This document shows positions 30,736 through 42,226 of a stretch of 64,000 bases of DNA, piece after piece (position 1 is the stretch's first letter; every line of letters begins with the position of its first letter). Position numbers and translations under genes: made by a program. The notes beneath the pieces are model-generated. The model did not search any database and had not been told where the DNA came from. It saw only the letters and a program-made list of their open reading frames with translations. Source of the DNA: an uncultured Gemmataceae bacterium (GTDB lineage: Bacteria; Planctomycetota; Planctomycetia; Gemmatales; Gemmataceae); assembly GCA_963750165.1 (NCBI GenBank), contig CAVVPN010000011.1, positions 768,001-832,000 on the forward strand, given 5' to 3'.

Positions 30736-32388
30736 ATGCCGCGTGCGTTCTGCCGCTCTTGCGTGGCTGTTTGCTTCACCTTCGTCATTTTCTTCAAGCC
30801 GTCTTGCGTCTTTGCACAAGATGGGCCCGTCGTGAAGGCGGAGATGTCGGGTTACCTGCTCGTTCCGCACGGCAAGGTGTCTGAGAAGTACAACGCCGGG
30901 TTCTCCATGTACGTGGCGGCCTGGCCGCTGCTGAAGAAGTACCCGGGGCAGCAGTTCCAAAGCGGCCTGTTTGGCACGTGGATGTTCGCCCAGTTCGACG
31001 GACCGGCGCCGAAGGATCACTACTCCGACATTGAAGGTGGGCTCGGCTGGTGGCGGGACACGCGGTTCGCCACCGAGACGCCGAAGTTCATCATGGGCGG
31101 CGTGGCCCTGAACTTCAACGAGTGGGCGAACGGCCCTGGCGCCGGCAAGGGTCGAAATTGGAAGAAACCCGCGGGCCACTACGCCGTGGCCCAACTCAGC
31201 CCGTGGGTAATCTGGCCCCCGGACGGCCTCAACCTGAAGCAAGGGACGTCCGGGGAACTCTTCGGTTACGGCTACCTGCCCCTGCCGCTGACGCCACCCA
31301 AGAAGACCACCGCGGGAAAGAACGTGCCGACCGGGAACCACTGCTGGACCCTGTTCCTGAACACCGGCAACTTCAAAGGGCCGGTCGCGTTCTTCTTGCC
31401 GTATTTCTGGTCGCGTCCCTCCGTCGAGAACCCGAGCCTGGCGGGTTTGTTTCTCGACACCCGGCCGTCCGAGCCGAACAAGGCGGTCCAGATGGAGACC
31501 CAGCACATCCCCGCGTACCTGTCCAGGGACGTGAAGGGAGTCACCTACGCCCGCATCGCTCCCACCTTGTTCCCCGGGAAACCGGACGGTGATGCGGTGT
31601 TGATTCACCGCATCACCGCGTACAGCAAGGCCGCCCTGTGGGACCGCGTCCAGGCGTGGTTCGACGGCGGGCCGGCGGCGTCTGGCGAGATCGACCCCAA
31701 GGCCGCCACCGTGCACAAATTCGACAGCAAGGGCGGAGCGACGTGGCGAATCTATCCCCTCAACGCTCCCAAGAACAAGAAGGTGCCGCTCGCCTGGAAC
31801 TCGTTCGCCACCCCCGTCGCCATCGATGACTTCTCTTACGGATATCGCTGGGCCAAAGACGCAGTGACGAGCGCGGACGCGAAGGACGGGGCGCTCGTCA
31901 CCCTGCCCGAGTTCTACCGCTTGGAGAAGAATCAGAAGGGCAAGGAGCAATGGGCGGTGGTCAGCCCCAAGGACGTGCCGGCCGAGACCGGTTTGGCCAA
32001 GGTGGAATTCCCTCGACGGCGTGATGCCACGCCTGAACCCTACGTCACGCCCGACGAAGCGGATAGTTGCTGGAAGAAACCGGGGCCGGCGGCGGGACCG
32101 TTCGAGGCGAAACTGGGGGACGGCAGCGTGGTCACATATTACTGGTACCGGTTTGCCGACCAGCCCGCCTTGCTGAACGCCGACCTGACCGCGGACGAGC
32201 GGGAGAACCTCCAGAAACGGGTGGAGATGCTGCACAAGAAGTGGACCAAGGACCGCGAGTACCTTCCCCCTCCGACGGTCGGCAAGCTCGCCGATCTCGA
32301 CCCGGCGCTGATCGTGACTCCTCCGAAGGGCATGGAGATCGGCTACGTGCCCATTGTGACACGACAAGCCGCGAAACAGAAGAAGTAA
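30736..32388 (+). CDS. Secreted hypothetical protein
   Basis: Long ORF with host-like codon usage, a signal peptide and Trp/Pro-rich content. Confidence 0.8.
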   Translation: MPRAFCRSCVAVCFTFVIFFKPSCVFAQDGPVVKAEMSGYLLVPHGKVSEKYNAGFSMYVAAWPLLKKYPGQQFQSGLFGTWMFAQFDGPAPKDHYSDIEGGLGWWRDTRFATETPKFIMGGVALNFNEWANGPGAGKGRNWKKPAGHYAVAQLSPWVIWPPDGLNLKQGTSGELFGYGYLPLPLTPPKKTTAGKNVPTGNHCWTLFLNTGNFKGPVAFFLPYFWSRPSVENPSLAGLFLDTRPSEPNKAVQMETQHIPAYLSRDVKGVTYARIAPTLFPGKPDGDAVLIHRITAYSKAALWDRVQAWFDGGPAASGEIDPKAATVHKFDSKGGATWRIYPLNAPKNKKVPLAWNSFATPVAIDDFSYGYRWAKDAVTSADAKDGALVTLPEFYRLEKNQKGKEQWAVVSPKDVPAETGLAKVEFPRRRDATPEPYVTPDEADSCWKKPGPAAGPFEAKLGDGSVVTYYWYRFADQPALLNADLTADERENLQKRVEMLHKKWTKDREYLPPPTVGKLADLDPALIVTPPKGMEIGYVPIVTRQAAKQKK

Positions 32389-32569
32389 GATCCCCCCAGC
32401 GTTGTGAGGGCACCCCTGACGATCCACCTCGCGACGAAGCGGACTGCGAAGAGTTCGGCTGTCCCTGGGACTGGAAAATGAGACAGGCACGTTTTTCAGC
32501 GCAATGAGGTCCGAAATAAATGTGCCTGTCCCTTTTCCCGTTTCTCGCGTCCGACACACGCCACACCGG

Positions 32570-35500
32570 TCACGCCAGGCTCAGCGCCAGGATTTCCACG
32601 TTGCCGTTACCGGGCAACCGGATGCTCTGCACGGTTTTGCCCGCGAGCAAGCTCAGGCTGTAGCCGTACACGTGGAACGTGTGGCTGTCCCGGCCGCCGC
32701 TGGCCAGGTCGCGGTAGGCCAGGTCCACGGCGTCGGACTCGCCGGCGTAGTGCTGCGGCGTGTACCAGTCACTGATGCTTTGCGTGAACGTCTGCGTGCT
32801 GCCGTCGGTGTAGGTCACCACGAACGTCTGGTTCGGCTGGTTGCCGTTCACGGCGGTCGCCAGGAAGTTCAGCGTCGTGTAACTCCCTACGGGCAGGCTG
32901 ATCGTCTGGCCGGCCGCGGCGATGACGTTGTTGCCGCCGGCCGCGCCCAGGGTGAACTGGGTGCCGTTCCACGTCTGGCTGGTCCCCAGCAGGTTCGCCG
33001 AGAGCGCGGCGCCGCCGCCGTCCAGGCCGCCCGTGAAGGTGCTGCCGTCATTGACGATGCCGACCCGGTTGAAGGCGCCGGCCAGGGACACCGAGCGCCC
33101 GCCCGCCGGCGAGACCGGGTCCACGAAGTTGTCGAAGCGGACGTGGCCGGTGAAGCTCGCGGGCGTCGCGGTGCGGAAGCCCGGCTTCACCGCCGACGCC
33201 GTGCCCAGTGTCGTCAGGCCCGTGATCGAGTACGACACGGGCGCCAGCACGGTCGTCCCGGTGCCGACTCCCGTCGGGCCGTAATCGACCAGCGAGAACG
33301 TGCCCGAGAAGCTGCCCGATGCCGTCTCCTTCGTGGTGAAGATCAGGTCGAGCCAGTCGCCGGCGGTGATGGTGCCAGTCGGCCGGGTGTTGTTGGTCGA
33401 GGTGGCGGGCGAGGCGCCGTTGTCGTACTGGAACTCGACGGTGTTGTTGCCGAGGATGTGCGCGGAGATGAACGAGAAGCCGGCGTTGAAGCCCGTGGAC
33501 GTCGGCGCCAGGAAGCCGACCTGCAACGGCTTGTCGCCGCTGCCCAGGCCCGAGACGGCCGTCACGTACTCCGAGAGGGTGTGGATCTGGCTGTCGGACA
33601 GGTTCACCGTTGAGGGGGTGTAGATCGCCGTGGCGTCGATGGCGACGCTGCCGCTGGACTGCACGCCGCCGCCCGCCGCGGGGCCCGGCTGGTCCTGCAC
33701 GCCGAACGCCGCGCCCCACGACAGGCTCGTGTTGTTGGCGCCGCCGTTGTTATACAACGTGAAGTTCGACGTGAAGGTACTCGCCCCGGCGTTGAAGTTG
33801 ATGTTGACCCCCGTGACGGCCGTGATCGTGAACGAACTGGATGTGGCGCCGGTCAAGGTACCGTCGCTGGCGGCCAGGGTATAGGTGCCGGCCGTGTTGA
33901 TGGCGAGGTTGCCGAACGTGGCGACGCCGTTGACGGCGGCCGCGCTCACGGTGCTGGAACCGCCGGCGAAGGTGCCGCTGCTGAGCGTCAATGTCACGGT
34001 AGAAGTGTTGCCGGGGACCGTGTTGCCGTTGGCGTCCTGCACCGCGACCGTCACCGCGGGGGTGATGGTGGCGCCGGCAGTCGCGTTGCTCGGCTGCTGG
34101 GCGAACGCCAGCCTGGCCGCGGCGCCGGCGGTGATTGCGAACGAAGTGGAGGTGACGCCGGTCAGCGTGCCGTCACTGGCGGTCAGCGTGTAACTGCCGG
34201 CGGCGTTGATGACGAGACTGCTGAAGGTGGCGACGCCATTGACCGCGGCCGCGCTCACGGTGCTGGAGCCGCCGGCGAAGGTGCCGCCGCTGAGTGTCAG
34301 CGTCACGGTGGACGTGTTGCCGGTGACGGTGTTGCCGAGGGCGTCCTGCACCGCCACCGTCACGGCGGGACTGATCGCCATGCCGGCGGCGGTGTTCGTC
34401 GGCTGCTGGGCGAACGCCAGCTTGGCCGCGGCGGCGGGGTTGATCGTGAACGGGCCGTAGCCCGGATCGAGGTTGGGGTTGGTGTCCGTGGCCCGCAGGA
34501 TGTAGCTGCCGGCGGCGTTGATGACCAGGTTGCTGAAAGTGGCCATGCCGTCCACAGCCTGGGCGCTGACGGTGGTGCTGCCGTTGGCGAAGGTGCCGTG
34601 GCTGAGCCCCGCCGTGACGGTGGACGTGTCGCCGACGAGGATGTTGGAGTTGATGTCCTCGACGGCGGCGACAAAGGCGCCCAGGGGCACCCCGGCCGTG
34701 CCGCTGCTGGGCTGTTGCAGGTACGCCAGCTTCGCGGCCGTGGAATCGACCAGGAAATTGTCGAACGCCAGGGTGCCGGTGCCGCCGCTGTTGGAGGTGC
34801 GGAAGCCCGCGTACATGGTGGCGGCGGTGCCCACGGTGGTCAGGCCGGTCACGGTGTAGGCCACCGGCGCCAGCACCAGTGTCGGCGCGGCGGTGCCGGT
34901 CGGGCCGTAGTCGAGCAACGAGAACGTGCCGTGGAAACTGCCCGAGGCAGTTTCCTGTGTGGTGAAGACCAGCTGCAGCCAGTCGCCGGTGGTGATGGTG
35001 CCCGTCGGCGTGGTGGTGTCGAGGGCGACGGCACTGGTGCCGGCTCCGTTGCCGGACTGGAACTCCACCTGGTGGTTGCCGTAGACGCGGGCCGAGATGA
35101 ACGAGAAACCCGCGTTGAACCCGGCCGTCCGCGAGGTCAGGAAGCCGATCTGCAGGGTGCGGTCGCCGGCGGGGCGAACCGGGGCGGTCACAAATTCCGA
35201 GACCGTGTGAACGGCCCCGTCCGAGAGGTTGAAGGTGGTCGGCGTGTAGACGGCCGTCTCGTCGGTGGCGGTGCCGATGATGCCGCCGCCAGCCGCGCTG
35301 CCGGCCTGGTCGTCGATGCCGGCGGTGGCGCTCCAGGTAAGGGCGGTGCCGCCTGCCACGCCGGCGAGGTTGGTGGCGAACGGTGTCGTGAAACTGCTCG
35401 CGCCGCTGTTGAAGTTGACGAAGGCGGTCGCCCCGATGGTGAACGTGTTGGACACGACGGCGGCGAGGGTGCCGTCGGAGGCGGTCAGGGTGTAGGTGCC

Positions 35501-38500
35501 GTTGTTGGCGACGGCCAAGGTCCTGAAGGTGGCCACGCCGGCCACGGCCTGGACGCTGACGGTGTTGCCGCCGCCGGTGAAGATGCCGCCGCTGCTGAGC
35601 GTCAACGTCACCGTGGACGTGTCGCCCGGCAGCACACTACCGGCGGCGTCCTCGACCGCCACGCGGACGGCCGGGCTGATGACGGTGCCGCTCGACGTGC
35701 CGCTCGGCTGCTGCAGCACGGCGAGTTTTGCCGCGGGGCCGTAATCGACGTTGATGTAGGCGGTGACGCCGGTGACGTTGTAGTCCGTGGTGTCGGTCGG
35801 CGTGAAGACGACGCCGAGGGGCTGGTGCTGTCCGGGAGCGAGCACGGTCCCGGCGGCCGGGTTGTAGGTGAAGGTGCCGGGCACGTTCGCGGTGGCGTCG
35901 AGCTGGGTCACGCTCAGAGGGGTGCCGTCGGTGATGTCGGCGGGGTTGGCCCAGGTGATGACGGGCGTGGCCGGGTCCACGTCCACGTCGGACTGGGCCG
36001 TCACGGTGTTGTAGTCGGCGGTGTCGGTCGGCGTGAACGTGACACTCAGGGGGAAGTTCTGGCCGGTGGGCGGGATGGTGCCGGCTCCCGGAGTGTAGAC
36101 GAAGCTGCCGGGGATGGTGACGCCGTTGACCGTGGCGGTGGCGTTGAGCTGGGCCGGCCCCAGGGCTTGACCGTAGGTCATGTCGGTGTCGGGACCGGTC
36201 CAGGTGATGACGGGCGTGGCCTTGACCACATTGACGAGCACCGTGGCGTTGGCCGTGGCGTAGTCAGCCGAGTCCGTCGGCGTGAACGTGACCGTGAGCG
36301 GCTGGTTCTGCCCCACGGGCAGGACGGTCCCGGCCGGCGGCGAATAGCTGAAGGTGCCGGCGAAACCCGCGTAATTGCTCACGAAGGCGTCGAGTTCAGT
36401 GCCGTCCAGGGCGGTGCCGTAGGTCAGGTTGGCGGGCGTGGCCCAGGCCAGGGTGGGCGTCGCCGGGCCGACGACGAAATCGTCGATGGAGACGGTGCCG
36501 CTAACGACCTTGACCACGATGGTGTGGCTGCCCGCCGTCAGCAGCGGACTGGTGTAGACCGGGGCGATGACCGACGTGGCAGCCGTGAGGTTGACCTGTG
36601 TCGGCGAGTTGCCGTCGATGAAGACCTGGGCGGCGCCGCCGGTCGGCGTCAGGGCGGCGTAGAGGGTGATGAGGGTGCCGGTGAACGTGACCGTGGCGGT
36701 GTCGCCGCCAGTGCTGTCGCTGGTGATGGTGCCGCCGTTGTTGTTCGGCAGGCTCGTCGGCGTCTGCACCCAGTTCGTGGTCGGGTTGGAGTAAACGACC
36801 TGCGGGATGCTGCCGGTGTTGTTGGCGTTGTTGTCGTCGATGACGGTCAGCGTGTGGGTGCCGATGGTGAACGCAAACGACGTGGCGGCGGTCAGGCCCG
36901 GGTCGGTGGCGGTGAGGGTGTAGGTACCCGGCGCGGTGATGACGAGGTTGTTGAAGCTGGCGACGCCGTTCACGGCCGCGGCGGTGGCGGTGGTGCCGCC
37001 GCCGAAGAAGGTGCCGCCGCTCAGCGTCAGCGTCACGGTGTCAGTGTTGCCCGTGGCGACGTTGCCGAAGCCGTCCTCCAGGGCCACGGCCACCGAGGGA
37101 TTGACCGCCTCACCGGCATAGGTGTTGTTCGGCTGCTGCGTGAAGACGAGCTGCGTGGCCTGGGCGACGACGTTGAACGGGTTGGACTGCACCGCGGGCA
37201 GCACGCCGTCGGTGGCGGTCAGGTTGTAGCTGCCGGTGACGTTGAGGACGAGGTTGCTAAACGTGGCCACGCCGTTGACGGCCTGGGCGCTGACGGTGGT
37301 GCTGCCGTTGGCGAAGGCGCCGTGGCTGAGCGTGAGCGTCACCAGGGAATTGTCGGTGGTGATGACGTTGCCCGCGGAATTCTCGACGGCGGCGGTGACG
37401 GCGGGACGGACCGCGACGCCGGCGACGGTCTGTGTCGGCTGCTGGGTGAAGGCGAGCCGGGTGCTGGCGGCGATGGTGAAGGGACTGGACGTGGCACTCG
37501 TTAGCAGGCCGTCCGTGGCAGTCAGCGTGTAGGTGCCGGCGGCGCTGATGAGCAGGTTGCTGAACGTGGCGACGCCGCTGGTCATCTGGGCGGTCACGGT
37601 AGTGCCGCCGCCGACGAAGGCGCCGCCGCTCAGCGTCAGCGTCACGGTGGAGGAACTGTCGGCGGTGAAGATGTTGTTGAACTGGTCCTCGGCCGAGACC
37701 ATGATCGGCGGACTCAGGGCGATGCCGGCGCTGCCGGTCGCCGGGGGCTGAGTGGTGAACACCAGCTTCGTCTCCGCCGCGGGCGGGATCGGCGTGCTGC
37801 GGCTGCCGCTCGTGTGGTCGCCGGCGGCATCGGTGATGCTCACGGTGTTGGTGACGCTGGTCGTGCCGACGGGAATGCTGGCGTTGAGATCGACGGAGAA
37901 GACCACCGACCCCGTGACGCCGGCGCCGAGACTGCCCACCGTGAAGGTGTAGGTCGAGCCGGCGCCGCCGCTGCCCGAGGTCAGCGTCCAGCCCGACGTG
38001 CTGTCGGCCAGGTCGGCGGTGGTGTTGGCCGGCACCGTCTCGGTCAGCACCACACCGGTCGCGGCCGTGCCGAGACTGTTCACGATGCTGCCGGCGTCGT
38101 TGTAGTTGATGGTGTAGGGGATGGTGCTCTGGGCCGTGGGGAGGATGTTGCCGTCGGTCAGCGACACGCCGAGCTGCGCGGCCGAGCCCGTCGTCGGCGT
38201 GATTTCCAAGCGGTCAATGGAGATGGTGTTGCTGGCGGCGTTGTTCAGGATCTCGAAGGTGTGCGTGCCGGCTCCGAGTCCCGAGACGGTGTAGACGAGC
38301 ACGTCGCCGGCGCCCATGCCGTTGGGCGAGCTGTTGGCCGGTGACAGCAACACCGACTGCGTGCTGCCGCCATCGACGGAGAAGGTCGCCGTGCCGTAGC
38401 CGCTCACCTCGTTGGCGTACACCTTGATCTGCGAACCGGTGAACGTGAGCGTGGCGTAGTCGCCCTGCACGTTGTCCGTGCTGACCGTGCCGTCGAAGGT

Positions 38501-40543
38501 GCCCATCGTGGAACTGCCGGTGATGTGCGTCCAGCCGGTGCCGACGTAGTTGAACTGGTTCATGCCGGTGCCGGTGACGGCATCATCGACGATGGTGTCG
38601 CCGGTGAGGCCGAACGCCTGGATGCTGTGTGTGCCGACGAAGACATCGCCGCGGGCAACGGCGATGCTGTTGTACTTGCCGCCCAGGCCCACCTCCTGGT
38701 AGGCGCTGCTCCAGATCGGCTGCATGGTCAGAGCGTTGTAAGCGTAGAGAACCGGGTCGCCGTTGGAAAAGCTGGTGAGGCTGTCGGTGCGCTGCACGCC
38801 GGCGTCCACCACCCAGTCGATCTCGTTGGCGGTGCCGTTGCCGGTGATGAGGTTCGAGCCGGGGTTGCTCATGACCGCCGTGTTCGAGGCCACCACCTGC
38901 AGGTAGGCGGGCTGGCCGGGACTGTGCATCACCTTCGTGAGAATCAGCGACGGGGCCACCGGCGTGCTGGAACCGACGCCCGACTTGCTGCTGCCGGCGA
39001 AGATCACGTACTGACTGCCGTCGGGCCCGGTGAAGGTCGCTGGCGTGTCGCGCGCCTTGGCGGTGTTGCCCGAGGCGCTGGACTCGTTGTAGGGGCCGAA
39101 CAGGGACAGCGGGCCGTCCTGCGCCGGGAAGCCCTGCCAGTAGGTGCGCACGCCCGTGCTGGTGGTGTCGTACAGCGATGGGTCCTGGTCCGGGGACAGA
39201 CCGCTGGGCGGCCGGGACGTGAGGCTGGCCGGGTAGGCGGCCGGGCTGCCGTTGGGGTTGGCCGTCGGGTTGTTCAGGTGGTTGCCGGCGTCGGCGAGGT
39301 AGCCGTTGCCCTGCTTGCCGCCGAAGGCCGCCAGCTCGGTGGTCGTGGACGAGCCGGCCGGCAGGTTGATGAGGATGGGCGAGCCGCCACCGAGGTCGCT
39401 GTCGATGGTGTCCTGGGTCGGGTAGTTCCACGGCGTGTAGACGCCGGTGAGCGTCAGCGTCTGACTGGGGCCGAACTCCAGCAGGGAGTTGCCCCAGTCG
39501 CCGGCCGGGTTGCCGGTGCCGCCGGGCGAGTCGCCGGTCGTGACGAAGACGTTGCCGTTGCTGTCGATGGTCGGCCCACCTGCCCCCCACATGCCGCCGT
39601 TGGCGCTGGTGGCGGTGCTATCGACCGCCGAATAAGCGCTGACGATGGCCGGCGTCTGGCCGTTGGCCGTCCCGTTGGTGACGCCGGTGGCCACGGTCGT
39701 CATCCAGCCGGGGTTGCTGGCGCCGTAGCAGGCAAAGTCCACGTAGAGCGTGCTGCCGTCCGCGCTGAGGTTCAGCCCCCCGCGCTGGTCGGCGCCGCTG
39801 GACGAGAAGGGCACCGCAATGCCCGGACCCTGCAGCGTGTTCTGGTTCAGCGAATCGAGCAGCGACTGGGTGAAGATCAGCGGCCAGCCCGAGACGAGAC
39901 TGCCGTCGTGCAGGCTCAGGGCGAAGACCTCAAAATTGTTGCCGCCGTGGTTGGGGTTGCCGGCCGCGGAGAGGTAGTCGGTCACCGACGCGGTCACGTA
40001 GAGCCGGCCGCTGGCCAGGTCGATGACCGGGGTGCTCAGGACGCCGATGCTGTTGCCGTCCACGCCGGCGTAGGGGTTGCCGAGGTGCGTCTTCCACAGG
40101 ATGGTGCCGGGGGCGATGCCGGTCGGGCCGTTGGTGTCCTGGGCCGCGATGGCGTAGACGGTGCCGCCGCCGGTGGCCGCGAAGACGACGCCCAGCGACT
40201 TGTTCTGAAACGACGCACTCTGAACGCCGTCGCCGGAGTGGTTGGCAGCGTTGCCGGGGCCGGAGATGAGTAAGCTGTCCAGGAACAGCGGCGTGGCGTA
40301 GATGGCGCCGTCGAGCTGGGGCGACTGCCAGACCTGGCCGAAGCCCGACGCCACGTTGGTCGGGGTCAGCACGGTTTCCACGGAGTTGAAGCCGGTGCGG
40401 GCGGCGTCGCCGTGGAACTCGGTGTTGCTGGGGGCGCCGGGCTGCTGCCCGAGGGTGAAGGACGGCGTCAGGCGGTCTTCCAACCGCTCCAGGTGCAGGC
40501 GTGAACGGGGGGCCTTTTGGGGGCGGGGAACGCGGCGCGGCAT
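32570..40543 (-). CDS. Giant surface protein/adhesin: LEDR motif, beta-propeller, CBM-like, DUF11-like and Ig-like repeats
   Basis: RLHLERLEDRLTPS; PQQ-like propeller; repeated KLAFxQQP...AVNGVATFSNL units; three TPxITW repeats; Thr/Gly-rich. Confidence 0.9.
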   Translation of the reverse strand: MPRRVPRPQKAPRSRLHLERLEDRLTPSFTLGQQPGAPSNTEFHGDAARTGFNSVETVLTPTNVASGFGQVWQSPQLDGAIYATPLFLDSLLISGPGNAANHSGDGVQSASFQNKSLGVVFAATGGGTVYAIAAQDTNGPTGIAPGTILWKTHLGNPYAGVDGNSIGVLSTPVIDLASGRLYVTASVTDYLSAAGNPNHGGNNFEVFALSLHDGSLVSGWPLIFTQSLLDSLNQNTLQGPGIAVPFSSSGADQRGGLNLSADGSTLYVDFACYGASNPGWMTTVATGVTNGTANGQTPAIVSAYSAVDSTATSANGGMWGAGGPTIDSNGNVFVTTGDSPGGTGNPAGDWGNSLLEFGPSQTLTLTGVYTPWNYPTQDTIDSDLGGGSPILINLPAGSSTTTELAAFGGKQGNGYLADAGNHLNNPTANPNGSPAAYPASLTSRPPSGLSPDQDPSLYDTTSTGVRTYWQGFPAQDGPLSLFGPYNESSASGNTAKARDTPATFTGPDGSQYVIFAGSSKSGVGSSTPVAPSLILTKVMHSPGQPAYLQVVASNTAVMSNPGSNLITGNGTANEIDWVVDAGVQRTDSLTSFSNGDPVLYAYNALTMQPIWSSAYQEVGLGGKYNSIAVARGDVFVGTHSIQAFGLTGDTIVDDAVTGTGMNQFNYVGTGWTHITGSSTMGTFDGTVSTDNVQGDYATLTFTGSQIKVYANEVSGYGTATFSVDGGSTQSVLLSPANSSPNGMGAGDVLVYTVSGLGAGTHTFEILNNAASNTISIDRLEITPTTGSAAQLGVSLTDGNILPTAQSTIPYTINYNDAGSIVNSLGTAATGVVLTETVPANTTADLADSTSGWTLTSGSGGAGSTYTFTVGSLGAGVTGSVVFSVDLNASIPVGTTSVTNTVSITDAAGDHTSGSRSTPIPPAAETKLVFTTQPPATGSAGIALSPPIMVSAEDQFNNIFTADSSSTVTLTLSGGAFVGGGTTVTAQMTSGVATFSNLLISAAGTYTLTATDGLLTSATSSPFTIAASTRLAFTQQPTQTVAGVAVRPAVTAAVENSAGNVITTDNSLVTLTLSHGAFANGSTTVSAQAVNGVATFSNLVLNVTGSYNLTATDGVLPAVQSNPFNVVAQATQLVFTQQPNNTYAGEAVNPSVAVALEDGFGNVATGNTDTVTLTLSGGTFFGGGTTATAAAVNGVASFNNLVITAPGTYTLTATDPGLTAATSFAFTIGTHTLTVIDDNNANNTGSIPQVVYSNPTTNWVQTPTSLPNNNGGTITSDSTGGDTATVTFTGTLITLYAALTPTGGAAQVFIDGNSPTQVNLTAATSVIAPVYTSPLLTAGSHTIVVKVVSGTVSIDDFVVGPATPTLAWATPANLTYGTALDGTELDAFVSNYAGFAGTFSYSPPAGTVLPVGQNQPLTVTFTPTDSADYATANATVLVNVVKATPVITWTGPDTDMTYGQALGPAQLNATATVNGVTIPGSFVYTPGAGTIPPTGQNFPLSVTFTPTDTADYNTVTAQSDVDVDPATPVITWANPADITDGTPLSVTQLDATANVPGTFTYNPAAGTVLAPGQHQPLGVVFTPTDTTDYNVTGVTAYINVDYGPAAKLAVLQQPSGTSSGTVISPAVRVAVEDAAGSVLPGDTSTVTLTLSSGGIFTGGGNTVSVQAVAGVATFRTLAVANNGTYTLTASDGTLAAVVSNTFTIGATAFVNFNSGASSFTTPFATNLAGVAGGTALTWSATAGIDDQAGSAAGGGIIGTATDETAVYTPTTFNLSDGAVHTVSEFVTAPVRPAGDRTLQIGFLTSRTAGFNAGFSFISARVYGNHQVEFQSGNGAGTSAVALDTTTPTGTITTGDWLQLVFTTQETASGSFHGTFSLLDYGPTGTAAPTLVLAPVAYTVTGLTTVGTAATMYAGFRTSNSGGTGTLAFDNFLVDSTAAKLAYLQQPSSGTAGVPLGAFVAAVEDINSNILVGDTSTVTAGLSHGTFANGSTTVSAQAVDGMATFSNLVINAAGSYILRATDTNPNLDPGYGPFTINPAAAAKLAFAQQPTNTAAGMAISPAVTVAVQDALGNTVTGNTSTVTLTLSGGTFAGGSSTVSAAAVNGVATFSSLVINAAGSYTLTASDGTLTGVTSTSFAITAGAAARLAFAQQPSNATAGATITPAVTVAVQDANGNTVPGNTSTVTLTLSSGTFAGGSSTVSAAAVNGVATFGNLAINTAGTYTLAASDGTLTGATSSSFTITAVTGVNINFNAGASTFTSNFTLYNNGGANNTSLSWGAAFGVQDQPGPAAGGGVQSSGSVAIDATAIYTPSTVNLSDSQIHTLSEYVTAVSGLGSGDKPLQVGFLAPTSTGFNAGFSFISAHILGNNTVEFQYDNGASPATSTNNTRPTGTITAGDWLDLIFTTKETASGSFSGTFSLVDYGPTGVGTGTTVLAPVSYSITGLTTLGTASAVKPGFRTATPASFTGHVRFDNFVDPVSPAGGRSVSLAGAFNRVGIVNDGSTFTGGLDGGGAALSANLLGTSQTWNGTQFTLGAAGGNNVIAAAGQTISLPVGSYTTLNFLATAVNGNQPNQTFVVTYTDGSTQTFTQSISDWYTPQHYAGESDAVDLAYRDLASGGRDSHTFHVYGYSLSLLAGKTVQSIRLPGNGNVEILALSLA

Positions 40544-41060
40544 GGGTCCTTCTCTCCGATGCAAGAGGACGGGTACCGGGGCAACGGGTTTACGGGCAAC
40601 GGGGCGACTGCGGACGACGTGAGGGGCACTGCAGGGAATCCCGCGATTAGCCCCGGACACCCACGGATACAAATTGGCGAAATAGATGTGAGAGAACGTA
40701 GCCCGCCTGGGTCGGGTGGTCAAGGAAAAAATGAAAATCCGTGGTCAGAATGCAAGCCGAAATGACTCGGGGTCTCCGAACTCGCAATCCTCAACGGGGA
40801 AATCCAGCTTCTCAGGTCTTGTCCCGCAACGTGTAGGCCGCGGCCAATAAGCGCGGCCGCTTCCCGAGAGTTCGGCTCCACAATGTCTATCGAATCTCCG
40901 AGGGGAACTGACAGTCGGGTCGTCGCCGTCCCCAGGGAAGCGCAGCATTGGCGAAAAGCGATGCCGAACGTTGCCGGGTCGCCCTGGGCGGTTACCCACC
41001 CAGGGCTCCCACAGATCCGGACGTGCGGAATTACCGCATCCGGCTCGTCCGGCCAACGGT

Positions 41061-41885
41061 TCACACGCGCCGGTACACCGAGTGGACCACCCGTGCTGCC
41101 GGCAGCGGATACCGCTCCAGCAGTCCCCACAGGCTCGCCCAGCCGAAGCAGCCTTTCCAGCTACGCCGAGAAAGCCACTTCCGCCAGATTCGCGCCACGA
41201 TTGCTCGCACACGGTCCAACGAGGAGCAGTTCCCCGTCACCCCGTAGTAGACGTCGTGGCCGCGTAGCTTCTGGCTCAGTGTCGCGTGCTGCTCCTGGAT
41301 CGGTCGGTGCCGGTTGCGCCGACACCATTCCCCTATCGCTTTCGCGAACCGGCGGATTCGGCTGGCTGCCGTCCGTTTCTTGACTGCCGCGTTGTTCTTC
41401 CTCGACTTCCCCCAATAATGGGTGAACCCCAGGAAGTCAAACGTCCGCAGTTGGTTGCCCCCCTGCGGTCCCTCTTGTCCTTTCTGCTCCCGGGGCCGCG
41501 CGAACGGCACCAGTCGCGTCTTGTCCGGGTGGATCGACAGCCCGTACTTGCCGAAACGCTTCGGCAGCACCTCCATCACTCGTCGTGCGTCTGACTCATC
41601 GGTGAACCCGATTACGAAGTCGTCGGCGTAACGGATCAGGAAGGTTCGGCCCAAAAGACGTGGCTTAACCACTTCTTCCCACCAGACGTCCAGCACGTAG
41701 TGCAGATAGACGTTGGAAAGCAAAGGAGAGATCACCCCGCCCTGGGGGGAGCCTGTCGAGGGATACGTCACTGCACCCCCCTCCATCACTCCCGCGGAAA
41801 GCCATTTGCCGATCAGTCGTAGCGCTACCCCGTCACGTACCCTTTGCCTGAGCAGTTCCCGCAAGTGGGCATGATCCAGCGTGTC
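41061..41885 (-). pseudogene. ltrA: Group II intron RT/maturase, C-terminal part (no endonuclease domain)
   Basis: DTLDHAHL..GSPQGGVISPLLSNVYLH..IRYADDF..FDFLGF, then the X domain. Confidence 0.93.
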
Positions 41886-42226
41886 AAACGACCTACCAAC
41901 ATGATGCCCCCTTCGAGCACCCGCCTGAGGAGCCTGAAGAGGTCGAGGTGACCGACCCGACCCACCCGCTGTTCGGGCGGCGTTTCCGTGTCGTGTCCAT
42001 CAGCCATCCGCCGCGACGCCCCGGCCAGGTCACCGTGGCCTACCGGCAGGGGATGCGTCTGCGCATCCCCGTCCTGGCCACTAACCTGGTCCCTGGCACT
42101 GCTGCGTCGCCTCGCAGTAAGCTCACCAGAGTAGCCCTGCTCGATCTCCTCGCTCTGGTGAAGGAGTGCGAAGCCTCATGTCCCGTTCCCCCCGGCGCGT
42201 CTGGTCCGGACTCTCCGATGGCCTGA
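41886..42226 (+). CDS. Y4bD/Y4pK (DUF5372)-like small protein, open from the element's left end
   Basis: VTDPTHPLFGRRF motif; the frame has no stop from the junction through the GTG at 41948. Confidence 0.6.
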
